DNA of 64,000 bases from Tubulanus polymorphus (lineage: Eukaryota > Animalia > Nemertea), in contig NC_134029.1 of assembly GCF_964204645.1 (NCBI RefSeq), positions 22,438,950-22,502,949 of the forward strand. Reading direction: 5' to 3'. The stretch's first letter is position 1; the number at the start of each line of letters is the position of its first letter. The notes under the pieces were generated by a model that saw nothing but the letters and a program-made list of their open reading frames with translations, searched no databases and was not told where the DNA came from. Made by a program: the position numbers and the translations under genes. Below are positions 39,901 through 51,164 of this stretch, one piece after another.

Positions 39901-42900
39901 CGTCGCGATGTAAATCCCGTCATGCCGTCTGAGAGATCGTCATCAGTAATTATTCCGAGTCAAAGTCAAATGATTGCTCGGAATCAATTAGACTTGCATA
40001 TCTCGATATAGCCTTAAGTCGCGGCATTCTATCAGTAGAAATATCTTAATATTCTCATGAGTAAAGGCAGATTTGTGCATCCAAGGATAAGGTGCATACA
40101 GTACTTTGAATATCCTCAAGGTTGATTGTCTAAAACCTGTAAGATACGTATGATGTACAATCGATCATCAATGTGAGGTTTGACTTGTTCTCAGTCCCTA
40201 GGTATCGGTGAGATATTTCAAACTTTTTTCCAGAAACTGAATTATTCATGAATCTGCGTTGTTAGTGCTCTTATGAGGATGATTTTGTCGTCGGTCGTTT
40301 TGATCAATTCGGTGATTAGCTCCCTATGAGCTTTCTGGATCGTTTGAAACTACCTGAGCGTTTCGCATCTGGCTAAGATTGCGGCTCCGGTTCTGTCTGC
40401 ATAATTCATCATCGGAGTTGCCTCCTCCTCCGCCGCCGCCAAGCTGTCGTCTCAATCCCGCGTCCCTGAGTATAATGAGTCATCGCTATTTCAGGTGGTG
40501 ACTCCTCATTAACCGAAGCAATGAGTCACGAATCGCTGCAACAAGTGTCCCCTCCCCCCTGATAGACGGTCACATCGTTTATTTGACTGCACAAAAATCA
40601 CACTCGTGGATAGACTCATCGCGTTCTCTCTAAGTCAATATGTCAATGTCGATTGAATGAAGGAATAAAGACATGTACTGAATTGAATGATTACCGATTG
40701 AAAATGGATGCGAATTCTTTTTCGAGGAGACAAAAACAATCTATCCAACTCGATTCGGCGCGAGGCTCGGTCGCGAGAAGATAAAGCGCGAAGATTTCAC
40801 CGTCATTTATAACACGAAGTTAACGATGCTTTATGAATTTGAGAGAGAGCGAGAGAGAGGGCTGTAGATGATGTTCCGCGAAAAACAATGATGCGTGGAA
40901 AGTTAAAACAGATAGATCGCTTTTGAATGGGAACGATTTATGCGTGATCGGTCGATTTTCATAATAAAAGTGCAGAAAACTCATGAAACGACGTGACATT
41001 TTTTCGCTAACAGGAACATGCGAGTGGGCGTTTGTGTAGGTAATATCGTAGAAGTCATATGTCACAACTGAGTCGCAACTGATCGCATTAGAATCGGATT
41101 TCGTTGATTAATGTCAGAGACATCTCAAAAACGCCTGCGTGCGCGTATATACCGTCGCATGAGAAATCTCACAATAATTCAGCCAAAGATGTAGAAATTT
41201 CTAGAGTAATAGTTTTATATATTTGAGCAACATTTCAGCTAGAGATTATTAGTGGTGTGTCTGGCAAATATTGTTCAGTTGAAATGTTGCTCAAATATAT
41301 TAACCTTTTACTCAAGAACTTGATACATCATTGGCTGAATTATTGCGGCAATTTCTCTCGTATTCTTCGCCGATTTTGTGCGTCTTGTCGACTTATACCA
41401 CAGCAGTCCGCAATATATCGGTTATGCAAAAAGAATTAGATATTCAGTAGGCTTGTCGTCCAGTAGGCGGTCTGAGTGCGAATAAGACAACATCTTTAGT
41501 GGGACTAACAACACCGGCGGTATTGATCCCGGGAATGGTAACGTCTTCGTCGCCGCCGACAACTGGCGCTGTTTTGTGAATGATAGCCGAGCGTATGCCC
41601 AGATAAAAAATGATAAAATATTTCCAAAACCTGAAATATTTTGACGAGATCGATCTAGAAGGTAAATATCTCTATTGATTTATCACTCTGGAAATTTCTC
41701 AGTCGTGGCTCGTTCGTCTCGCAAGAAGACATCGATAAAAGGAGGGTTTTTATGTGTGCAAGTGTGAAAGCGGAAACCATCGGAAATGTTTGTATGTTCC
41801 CCGCCCGATGTTCCATTGTGAGTCTCCTAAAGCGAGAGGCTCAACGTGTCTGCTGATTTGAAATCAACAATACTGGAGGAGACATCGTGTCTGGTACTGC
41901 TGCAACTTACTGCAGCTGAGGGACATCAGTAACACACACTATATGTATCGATACTGGTGCAGATACTGGTGCATCATCGGGATGATGCTGATGAGGTTGA
42001 TGGAACTGTATTATCACGTATCAGTTGTCCTGGCAATTTTATAACAGCAAGCTGGTAAATGCGACACTTATTTTCGCGCTCGCGCACAGGAGTTACCATA
42101 CATACGCGATGTACGATGAACGCATGCGGACAAATCAGCACCGTTAAAAAACTTTGGCGCATCGGCGGCTAATTCTCAGTCAGTCCTAGAGGATCATGGA
42201 TTTATATCAGTTCCTACAGGCAACAAGCAGTGAGACGTTTTTCATACATTTATCTTTTTTTTTAATTTCACGAACACTCTATCGGGTATCAGCTAGATGC
42301 TTGCGTTTCACTGGCAGTATTTCAACGATTATTCAGTTTCAGTAGCTCTAGTGATGTTTTATTCAGTTACGCAACGATTATCTAAAAAATTTGCCTTACT
42401 TTAGATATGTATAAATTGCGTATATCGTGCTTTCTATTCATTTAGTAGAAAATCATGCGACAATTTCCCGATATTTGAATGAGGCACTTCACTATTATGC
42501 GCCATTCATTATAATTTCGCTATGATTGGAAAGCTTCCCCGTGCTCGGGATAATTTCTGTCTAATTAGGTTTCTTTATACCCTGGGAATACTGCAACTTC
42601 TCGCAGACTTGTCAATTATTTAGATGCATTTACAATTTTCAAATCCCTTCGGTGGCTGTAACATAAAACGTAGAGGATAACATCGAGAATGCTTTGGATT
42701 TGCAGTTAAATTTACTGAAAAAGTCAAGACTTATGATATATAACCTGCTGTCGCTGTACAAATTACAGAAAAAGATTCGAATTTGATAAACATCGTTTGT
42801 TGAGGTGACAAGTTATGCAAAATTGACGAAAACTGTTACCATAAGCGATGAATAATGATTTCCTGTTTTGAAAGCTGGTGCCTGGTATCAAAGTTAGCCC

Positions 42901-45900
42901 CTGTCTGTTTCGTAGGGTCCCGCATTCTAAATTACCATGATTGAAATTTTTCCGATGTCATTTCGGGAACGACGCTATAATACAGAAATCTCATTAAGCG
43001 ATGAGCTAAAAGGCGTAATAAAACATTACACGAAAATCCCATTATGATAAAAGCGTCAAGGTTGAGACCGGTTTCTATGAAACGCCTGCGTCCTCGTCTT
43101 CTAATCAGTTTTTCTGCAGCCGCTTCGTGCAAAACATTCTGGCTATCGGCTAATGTTCATCTTTGCTATCAGCTTTCCGTAAGTCTAGCATAGCAATCGC
43201 GACAGCCAGTCTACCGGGGCTTTGAATACATAGCCGCCAATATCGCTTTATGCTCCGCAGTCGTCTGATCGCGCTGCGCTTTCGTCGTACCTGAGAAAAT
43301 AGTCGGCGTCGCCACACGGAATAAATCTAGTCTCATTTCACTCAACAGGTATCAATTTTCAACAGTCTGAATGTAATATTTATCATGTTTGATTGTCGCC
43401 CTCAACCCACTGAGCGTCACATACGGCATTATTAGCGGGTTTGATGTTCATTTTTCCTAATCAAGAGGAGAGAAGAAGCTTTTGATGATTGTCACCAGTG
43501 TCAGGTACTGTTTTATTACAATCTGATGATATTCGTGATATTGAGGAGAAAATCATTTATTGGTGTGGTTCCAGTGCCTCGATGTAACATCAGTACGGAG
43601 GTTGATTTTATGATGCACATGATATGAATAACACTTAGTCATCGCATATAAACAGTTCTTTGTTTTGTTTCGCAATATCGTGAATCACTCAGGTAACAAA
43701 ACAATCAGTCTCACCTCGACAATTTCATTTACGATATGATCGCCTTCCAATAGTTCTTCTATTACATGTGTGGGCTTTTGAATCATTCCGTGACATTCAA
43801 ATCACTTGGACTTTTTCTGTCGAAAACGTTTTCAAACAATCTCAGATGCAGTCGGATGAACCTCGGAGTACTCTAAGGATGAACTGAGTGCTTAGATTTG
43901 TGTCGTCAATTCTGGTCGAGTGATCAACAGTCGGAACGAGAAGTGCCGTGAAGACATCCGTTCAGTGTCTATTTTCACCAGTGAGTAATTGGCTCGGATT
44001 AGGCGTCGTATCGACGACAGGAAATTGGTTTGCTCCGGGGAAAATGGATCGAACAGTTGTGACCGGTAGTTTATATGCGTATCCGTCAGGTTCGAACGGT
44101 TATTTATTCTGCCACGAAAATCTGGCGTGATGTCTGAGCATCACTGGGTGTCATAGTCATGTAGTCGACTTATTTCATGTTTGAAAAACCGACTTCGTAA
44201 AATCGTGTGAATTGATATATTTCTTCGGCTCAGTCGGGAATATCAGTTTCCACGCGTTGCTCTTGTTATGAATTTATCTTTTAAATTGTATCTTTTACTC
44301 GTCTAATGCTGTCGGTATTAATCTCTCATCCATCACGATGCGATCGAGCTCAGCGGCGGATTATCATCGGTTTTAACTCGGTCTTCGTGCGGCGGGATAA
44401 TTTTTTCCGGAAAGAATGTAAATCGTTCTCCGCGTTGGTAACGATTAAATGATTTCGGTTGTCACCGATCCAGACGGCTGTAACAAATTATGCATTAGCC
44501 GATGAAGCCGAGCCAGACTGGCGCTTTTCTGATTGATAATGATGTCAAATCATTTATATACCAAAGAAAACTTGGATAACTTATTCCACAGGCAGCGTTG
44601 GGCATATGTCTATATGTATTTTGTCGTTTTTCAGTTCAACTGATCGGAACTATGTCAATTTGATTGTCATATTTAATGTTTAACCAGTTTTTGTACTTCG
44701 ATAGTAGTCAAATAAATCAAATCAAATCAATCAAAGGCTTAATTGTGGTTGGCGTACCGATCATCGATATCGTACTAAAAACCTTCGATTTCATTCTCAT
44801 TTCAGAAACTTCATTCCCGACTCCGATGGAAGAACCGAAGAAAGTCATCCGTGCGCATTACGTCGGACAGATGCAGGTGTCCAAACCGACTGGAGTCGAT
44901 ATACTCAACGACGCGATGCAGTCACTTTACAACACAGTTCCACCCGAGGAGTGGGTCTTCGTTAACGTGGGAGTGGCACCTTCCACTTTGACCGTTACCG
45001 AAAATGCGGTAAGACCACTTCTAACTGATCCATACGATAAAATCCGGCAATATGGAAGAAAGACATATCAGAAAGGTTTCCTTGCTGTAGTTTAATTTTG
45101 ACGTTTCGACTATATCCTAAAAGACATCATCTTCATGAATACTAAGGTTACAACAAAACTACGAAATATACAATCCTAAACAACTTTGAGGCAACAAGTG
45201 AACTGTATACTATGATTATGTGTATATATTTCATAATCTTGTTGTAACCCTAGTATTCCTGAAGATGACTATCAGGATGTAACGGTAGAAAGATGGAATT
45301 AGTTGAACTGCAGCTCGAGGAAACATTTCAGACCGGTGAAAGTGGGATAAAACGAGACAAGAGACGGTTACCAGACAGAGTGTTTCATCAAGATTACTCG
45401 TAACCGAATTAGGACGAAGATGAATTTTTAATTCGTGCTACCATCGAGTTAATCATTTCTTTAATAATAAATACATCTCCGCCGGCGCTGTATAACATCC
45501 CGCCCGCGTTTTACAACCAACAAAGTTACCATCACCATGACAACCAGTTGAGTATGAAGCTACGGGGATCGATATCATCGCCGACTGCTAACGCAGATGA
45601 AGTCGCGTTGAATTCCCCTCCGCTTTAACCGCGGTCTGTTTTTAAGCGGGTCGTAAATTTTTTCTCCCCGCGCGAGTTCTATAAATCTGATAAACCTCTG
45701 CGAGCACCGATACATTAACCCTTTCACTGTGAAACGCGTCGTGAATGTATGATATATTACGCGGTTATTGATTCGAAAGATGTTGTATATTTTGTAGAAT
45801 CCTGATAACCAGATTTGCGAATGTCGTGTGCGATTCCTATCGTTCATGGGTATAGCCATGCAAAATGTGAAGTGCGTATCAATTTTTCGAATCTTCAAAT

Positions 45901-47879
45901 CTATCAAATTTTCGTGTTGGTTTCAAGTTTTCATTTGAGTCTAAAAAACACGACTTTTCAATTTCAGATTGTGTGCTTTCATCATGCACAGCGCTCAAGG
46001 ATCGTTTGTTGCTCATGTTTTCCATTGTGAGCCTTCAGCAGGTGCTTTATGCAAAACCATTGAAGCTGCTTGTAAGGTAAAGACCATTTGAAAAAAAATA
46101 CAGTCCACCCATCCTCACAGTTGTCTAGAAATTGAAATGCTCTTGGAAATGCATCACTACATTTCCCTCTATCCACCCCTGTCTTATCGTAGTAAGTTTA
46201 GCAACTTTAACCCTTTCAGTGCATCTACACTGCAGTGCGGTGTATAGATTGGTGATCGAATTTGCTTGTACACCGCATCGCAATGCATTTATGTTATCAG
46301 TAATTAGTTTTTATCTCTGTTGAAAGATGGCAGCACCTGTCAAACATAGTTAAATCGGTAACTAACGATACACCACACCATGGTGTAGCACACTGTCTTA
46401 AGCAGTATGCCCATTATTCCACAGCCTAGGGTGTTTTAGGGAATTTTTTTAAATCTTTGAATTATCCAGCACTTTTGGGTATTTATTAGTCGGTACTGGA
46501 AAAGGGTTGAGAATTTTAGTCCTCAGCCAGTTGTTCATGTCATTTCTAGAAGCTCTTCGCAACTAGACTCGAGAATTATTTCTTTATTTGCAGTTACGTT
46601 ATCAGAAATGTTTGGACTCGCATCCGACTACACCCGATATCAAACGACAACAAATGATGCAAAGCAAGGTAAAATCGAAATCATGTATTTTTCTAGATAT
46701 TGTGTTAGCATATCCCACAGTGGCTCATCTGTTATAAATAACAAAATGCCCGATTTTAGCTTCGATGTTGATTTAAATCCGTTCATTCAGAAATTCCTCT
46801 TTATTCAATTGAATAGCTTTAGTTCGTTAGTATATAGATGTTGTTCACGACAAATCATTTTTTCGAAATTTTGCAGCAACATTTTTTATTTTGAGATATT
46901 GTCACCGGTGTGAAATTTGTTTCGATAGCCACTGTTTTTGTGTAACCTTTTATTTGATTGCGTGGTTTTATTAACAATCGCAAATTGATTCATTTATTTC
47001 GAAGCATATTTCACGAGCAGATACCGAGAATTTGATTTAATCGATATAACATCTGCAACTTATATGTTTATCAGGAAATTTTAGACCAATATAAGTAAGA
47101 AAGATATTTCTATTTTTTTGCTATAAGCTGAAGGCAGCATTCGGCATGTTTCTATCATCCTAGATATACAGTATGTTCTCGAGTACAGAGCCTGAGTGGA
47201 TTGCTACTAATCCATCTGAATCTATTTCTGCTTCAAAAAGAAAGTTTGCCTAGAGCATCGGGCGACTAAATTCTTTGATTAAAATTGAAGAAACCTTACT
47301 ATCACCTTCACCAACACACCGCTGATAGCAGAAACTTTAGCATGGGAGCAATGTATTCAGTTTCTTCTAATGAAATCTGTCAATGGATACTGATTTTGAA
47401 ACTTACTTTCTATAATACGCCAGATTAAACTATTTTCACTGAGACTTGCTTGAATTCATTACTAGGCTGTATAAGTTCGATTCTCCGACTAAGCATTTAT
47501 ACGAAATTTGTTTCAATCTCAGAATCGACTGAAACGATGGAGAGAATTGTTGACGAAAGTTCCCGCATGTCGATGTCTTATTGTGCATATTTCTGTCCAC
47601 TACTTTTTCAGGCCGGTCTAAGGGCTAGTTTAAAAGCCGGCGTGCAGAACGTGTTCGGCATGTTCAAATCCCGAAAGACGGAAACATAACTGATCTGTGT
47701 ATAATAAACCTGACCAGGTAACAGCCATCGATGCGAAAACAAACTTCCGAATATGCATCATTGTTTTATAGATAAACTACTTTATTCATTCATTCATGTC
47801 TTAATTTCTTATCCCGTCATTAATTTTTATATAAGATTTTGTTCTCATCCGTAAAAAGAAAACTTACTCATTTTCTATT

Positions 47880-47958
<79 letters not shown>

Positions 47959-48440
47959 TTGTACCTTTTCGGTTATCGAAAAAAAAATCATAATCAAAAT
48001 GTCACATATTCTCCGAAGGGCTAAATTTAGTATCTAACCTTTAATGAACGTATATAGGGCGTCGTCATTGTAGCTGAACATACCTATCGGTACATGCATT
48101 GCATGTTAGCTTCCTTTGCGTTCATAAGAATATGCTTTACATAAGGAATGCGATATTGAGTTCTATCGAATTTGCTTATGATTTTCTATCAATGCTAGTT
48201 AAAACACTATCTATTTAGAAATGCCATCCATTCTGTTAAAAATCATATTTGCATGAATGGTGACAAGAGCTTTCGAAATAATCTGACCAAATTCTCATAA
48301 TTCTATGGCTCATTCACTGAATGTTCGGATGACACCTTTTTTTCGTATGGTTTTTTCAGGGTTTACGTAACAGCTTGAAGAAAAGTATGGCGACCGTTCT
48401 CGGACTGCGAACTCAACGCAACGGCGGTAAACAAAGTTAG
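20665..48440 (+). CDS. Fe65: Fe65/APBB-family amyloid precursor protein-binding adaptor gene (WW + PTB1 + PTB2), multi-exon. About 839 aa with last exon A (stop 47689) or about 840 aa with last exon B (stop 48440); +2 aa with the microexon.
   Basis: The manually spliced exons all have GT-AG boundaries and matching phases; the 14-exon sum is 2520 nt, divisible by 3. Diagnostic peptides: LPPGWQKHEDENGPYYWHIKSGTIQRDPP (WW); FAVRSLGWV...IRVWGVGRDNGRDFAYVARD...CHVFRCDTPA (PTB1); FPTPMEEPKK...ECRVRFLSFMG...HVFHCEPSAG...AACKLRYQKCLD (PTB2). Vertebrate paralogue (APBB1/2/3) cannot be assigned. Confidence 0.95.
21900..21962. repeat. (TA)n microsatellite
   Basis: Perfect dinucleotide run. Confidence 0.95.
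28709..29108. repeat. 25-bp minisatellite, 16 copies (GGTGGAACTGACTATCCACCATTGA), in the first coding intron of Fe65
   Basis: 400 bp of near-identical head-to-tail units with no spacers. Each unit carries a GGTGGA/TCCACC inverted repeat. Confidence 0.95.
31676..32420 (+). CDS. Fe65: Fe65 large N-terminal exon (low-complexity Ser/Thr- and Asp/Glu-rich)
   Basis: Acceptor GTATTTTCAG, 745-nt open frame (ORF 31717..32556), donor AG|GTGGGC in phase 2. The acidic tract resembles the acidic N-terminal region of Fe65 proteins. Confidence 0.85.
33002..33164 (-). mobile_element. Partial, diverged inverted copy of the piggyBac-type MITE
   Basis: TTGACAGGTGCTGGCATCTTTC and GCACTGAAAGGG|TTAA are reverse complements of family motifs. 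Confidence 0.55.
33373..33592 (+). CDS. Fe65: Fe65 coding exon (FSDKTKCINSPDSNDSGIQAD...NNSAE)
   Basis: Acceptor TTACAG (phase 2), donor GAG|GTAAGA (phase 0). Lies within ORF 33311..33616. Confidence 0.8.
35651..35696 (+). CDS. Fe65: Fe65 exon, WW domain first half (PEAKEELPPGWQKHE)
   Basis: ATTTTCAG acceptor, LPPGW motif, donor G|GTAAGA in phase 1. Confidence 0.92.
36439..36542 (+). CDS. Fe65: Fe65 exon, WW domain second half (DENGPYYWHIKSGTIQRDPP...)
   Basis: TTTTCAG acceptor in phase 1, YYWH motif, donor ATC|GTAAGC. Confidence 0.93.
36628..36779 (+). CDS. Fe65: Fe65 WW-PTB1 linker exon
   Basis: TTTTTACAG acceptor in phase 0, open frame SSTFSSLTSPTFPETPG...ESLRN, donor CT|GTAAGT in phase 2. 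Confidence 0.85.
36862..37078 (+). CDS. Fe65: Fe65 exon, start of PTB1 (RFAVRSLGWVKIAEEDL...VVGRWGD)
   Basis: CTCTAG acceptor in phase 2, hallmark FAVRSLGWV, donor GAT|GTAAGT. Confidence 0.95.
37301..37428 (+). CDS. Fe65: Fe65 PTB1 exon (GKDLYMDL...IRVWGVGRDNG)
   Basis: TGTTTCAG acceptor, IRVWGVGRD motif, donor AG|GTCAGT in phase 2. Confidence 0.95.
37677..37682 (+). CDS. Fe65: Candidate 6-nt alternative microexon AGAAAG in PTB1, changing NGRDF to NGRERDF
   Basis: Polypyrimidine tract containing TGC (37660-37662), then TAATAG|AGAAAG|GTAACG. It preserves the frame in a phase-2 intron, at the same position and with the same peptide outcome as the vertebrate APBB1 microexon. Confidence 0.75.
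39085..39344 (+). CDS. Fe65: Fe65 exon, end of PTB1 (DFAYVARDKVSRKHMCHVFRCDTPAREIANTL...)
   Basis: TTTGTAG acceptor in phase 2, DFAYVARD and CHVFRCD motifs, donor A|GTAAGT in phase 1. Confidence 0.95.
44806..45008 (+). CDS. Fe65: Fe65 exon, start of PTB2 (TSFPTPMEEPKKVIRAHYVG...)
   Basis: ATTTCAG acceptor in phase 1, FPTP-EEPKK motif, donor GCG|GTAAGA. Confidence 0.93.
45798..45871 (+). CDS. Fe65: Fe65 PTB2 exon (NPDNQICECRVRFLSFMGIAMQNV)
   Basis: TTTTGTAG acceptor, ECRVRFLSFMG motif, donor AA|GTGCGT in phase 2. Confidence 0.93.
45968..46076 (+). CDS. Fe65: Fe65 PTB2 exon (LCAFIMHSAQGSFVAHVFHCEPSAGALCKTIEAACK)
   Basis: ATTTCAG acceptor in phase 2, HVFxCEP motif, donor AAG|GTAAAG. Confidence 0.93.
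46211..46506. mobile_element. piggyBac-type MITE, same family as 61203..61490, in a Fe65 intron
   Basis: TTAA|CCCTTTCAGTGC start and colinear internal sequence (GAAAGATGGCAGCACCTGTCAAACATAG). Right end is degenerate, AAAGGG|TTGA. Confidence 0.8.
46594..46668 (+). CDS. Fe65: Fe65 exon, end of PTB2 (LRYQKCLDSHP...QSK)
   Basis: TTTGCAG acceptor, LRYQKCLD motif, donor AAG|GTAAAA in phase 0. Confidence 0.92.
47612..47689 (+). CDS. Fe65: Fe65 alternative last coding exon A (AGLRASLKAGVQNVFGMFKSRKTET*)
   Basis: CTACTTTTTCAG acceptor in phase 0 and a TAA stop. Followed by AATAAA (47703-47708) and a possible donor CAG|GTAACA at 47717/47718. Confidence 0.75.
   Translation, partial: AGLRASLKAGVQNVFGMFKSRKTET
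47885..47955. repeat. (TA)n microsatellite between the two alternative last exons
   Basis: Perfect dinucleotide run. Confidence 0.95.
48360..48440 (+). CDS. Fe65: Fe65 alternative last coding exon B (GLRNSLKKSMATVLGLRTQRNGGKQS*)
   Basis: TTTTTTCAG acceptor in phase 0 and a TAG stop. The peptide aligns with exon A (GLRxSLK-x4-V-x-G). Confidence 0.65.
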   Translation, partial: GLRNSLKKSMATVLGLRTQRNGGKQS

Positions 48441-49283
48441 CAGACTCAACGCTCGGAGATCGCAATCTCTCCCTCTGTCTATATATCGACTCTTTCGTTC
48501 TGATGGTGCCATACTCAATTATTATTGTGAAGAAAAGACTATATCGCGGATGTTCATAAACCGAAAATCAGCCCCTGGAACTTTTGTTTACATTATACGA
48601 TTTATATGATATGTATATGTATGTATATGGGCAGATTATGTGAAGCTTTATGTCAATGAGATACTTTTGTCGAGAACGAGTGTGAATACGTACTTGTATT
48701 TATCGAGAATACACGAACGTGTATTCAAAAAAAACTTGAATGTAGTTTACTATCGAAAACTCCTAAACTGTGGGCAGTTTGTCGTATTATTTGGTGTATA
48801 TTTCCGATCGATGATGATGTGTCGGCGTCTTTACAAAAAAAAAAACCATACGTGTGGTAAACGAACTCCTGTATATAAGCCATTGATGTAAACGATGTTG
48901 TTGTCTCGTGTAAATGGACCGGCAGATATCTTCTTTCATAACGCTTTGAACGCATGAGATCGCTTAATTTCGTGCGCTGTGACTAACGCGGCGAGAAACG
49001 ATGTGCTGATACGATGTTTAATATGTCACTACTCGATGGATGGTTTTGATATTTCCTTCTTCGATAAGTTGATCGAATCGACAGTCTGAACATGAGAGGG
49101 CGTAACTATATATTATATCTACTAGTGTCTATTGTACAGATTGCGAAATATCAGTATTCAAACTTTGAAAGAAAGAAAAAACTAATGAATTTCGTGTGTA
49201 GGTGTATAATGAATTTCCCGGTTTAACTTTTTTCTTGTATACATTTAAAATGGTTGTCATCGTAGTACTGAAAACTGCCTGTA

Positions 49284-49448
<165 letters not shown>

Positions 49449-50846
49449 CGCGACTCTAATACATAGCAATGCATTGGAATTGATACGAATTGATGTAAAT
49501 ATTGGATAAAATATATAATTGTACGTAACATAGATGTTTTAGAAGCGAATCGAATGGACAAAGATTTCTCACGTTTTCAATTTTGCCGTGTCGTCAAATT
49601 TGCAACGCGAACGAGACGTGAATGGAGATATTTCGGACTCGTATCATCTTTGCCCGCGCGATAGTTTCTTCAGTTGCATATCATCGTCACATTTGAAGCA
49701 GTTCGTCGCAGAAGATTCTGAATTCACGCGTTGTATCTCTGAGCACTTCTTCGATTTTCGTCTTTTCCCTTTTTCTGAACGCTTCCACGCACCGGGGACA
49801 TCAGAACCGGGTTTTCTAATGCGTCTATCTCGTAGACGAAGAAGATTCACTTCTTCCTTAGAGATATTATTTCATCCATAGCGTTGTCCCTGACAACATA
49901 TCTGATAGAAATTTGAGAGAACGCCGTGGAAAATAATGGGGTGTGTCAGATTGTATTCAAATGTGAATTTAGTCATGTAACGTGCAATATTTATTGTGGA
50001 TAGTACTTCCAAGATACAACCACTTCTATATACGAAATATGAAGTTCATCAAAATCGATGTATACTGAAGTTAATTGTATGCGGTTTGTACTGGGTACGA
50101 TGTACATTGTTATGCGTGAGCTTTAACGGATTGATATTTGGAGAGACCGCTTTTTTCAAAATTGTGTGCGTGTAATAAAAATTGCGGCAAATTCTGCTGT
50201 AGCATCATCACATAGGCTGCTGAATATTTAAATATTGTGTAGTTTGATGAATAAAAGATTGGTTGCCTTCGTCTAAAACCTTTTAATACATGTCGGCTAC
50301 GATGAAAAGAATTTTAAAATTTTCAAACTCGCGGAACTGTTTACATCTAAAAAAAAAGGCAATCAATCTGAATAACTGATTTCAGAAAGGTGCAATAAAA
50401 CTGAATGCTTACAAATCTATTGATTCATCTTGGGGACATTTTTTCTTCGAAATAAGACTAATCATGGACTATTTTCGAGTCCATCGTCGAATCCATCTCC
50501 TTCCCACTCGGGGAATAACGTTTCAAAAAATCAAATTATAATGGTAAAAAGAGAAAATGTCGCCCGGTGTTTTCTAATGAATTTGTACAGTTTCACCAGC
50601 TCGGTATTGTCTGGGTTATTTTGTGAATGTTGAATTTATGCAATCGTGAATGACATCATCATGCGTGTAAATACCCATCATAACAGTGGCAGTGAAAGAG
50701 GCGTGTTGTCGTTGATGTTGGGAGGGGGTGGTGAAGCTTGCTCAGGTCGTCGTAATTGGGACCGTCGTTCATTATGTTGACTACTTTGTAAATTGAATTG
50801 GAATATAAATTATGACTCAAAAAATAGAGTTTAATGACGTGATCAG

Positions 50847-51164
50847 CCGGGTTGGATCCAGGGGTAGTCTTCGACGGGAGCACGAAGAAATGGATAGGGC
50901 ATATATAGTGAAAAAGGGCAAGTAAAGAATCCACACAGCTATAACAAGGGTCTGAAAAATTATGAAACTTCAGCGCATTTTCATACTATTTCTAGGCACT
51001 TGAGGGGCATTTAAGGGAATAAAGGGTAAATCTTGGGCTGCAGATTATGAGGTGTGGGTGGAAAAAGTGCCCTGAAAGATATTGCCGTTGTATTTTTAAA
51101 AAGGGCGTGGGAAGATTACGATGGGAGCGCGTGCTCCTTGTGCTCCCATCTGGATCCGACCCTG
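50847..51164. mobile_element. Short TIR element (MITE-like) in the putative Fe65 3'UTR
   Basis: CCGGGTTGGATCCAG ... CTGGATCCGACCCTG inverted termini (13/15), with GGGAGC/GCTCCC subterminal inverted motifs. No clear target duplication. Confidence 0.5.
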
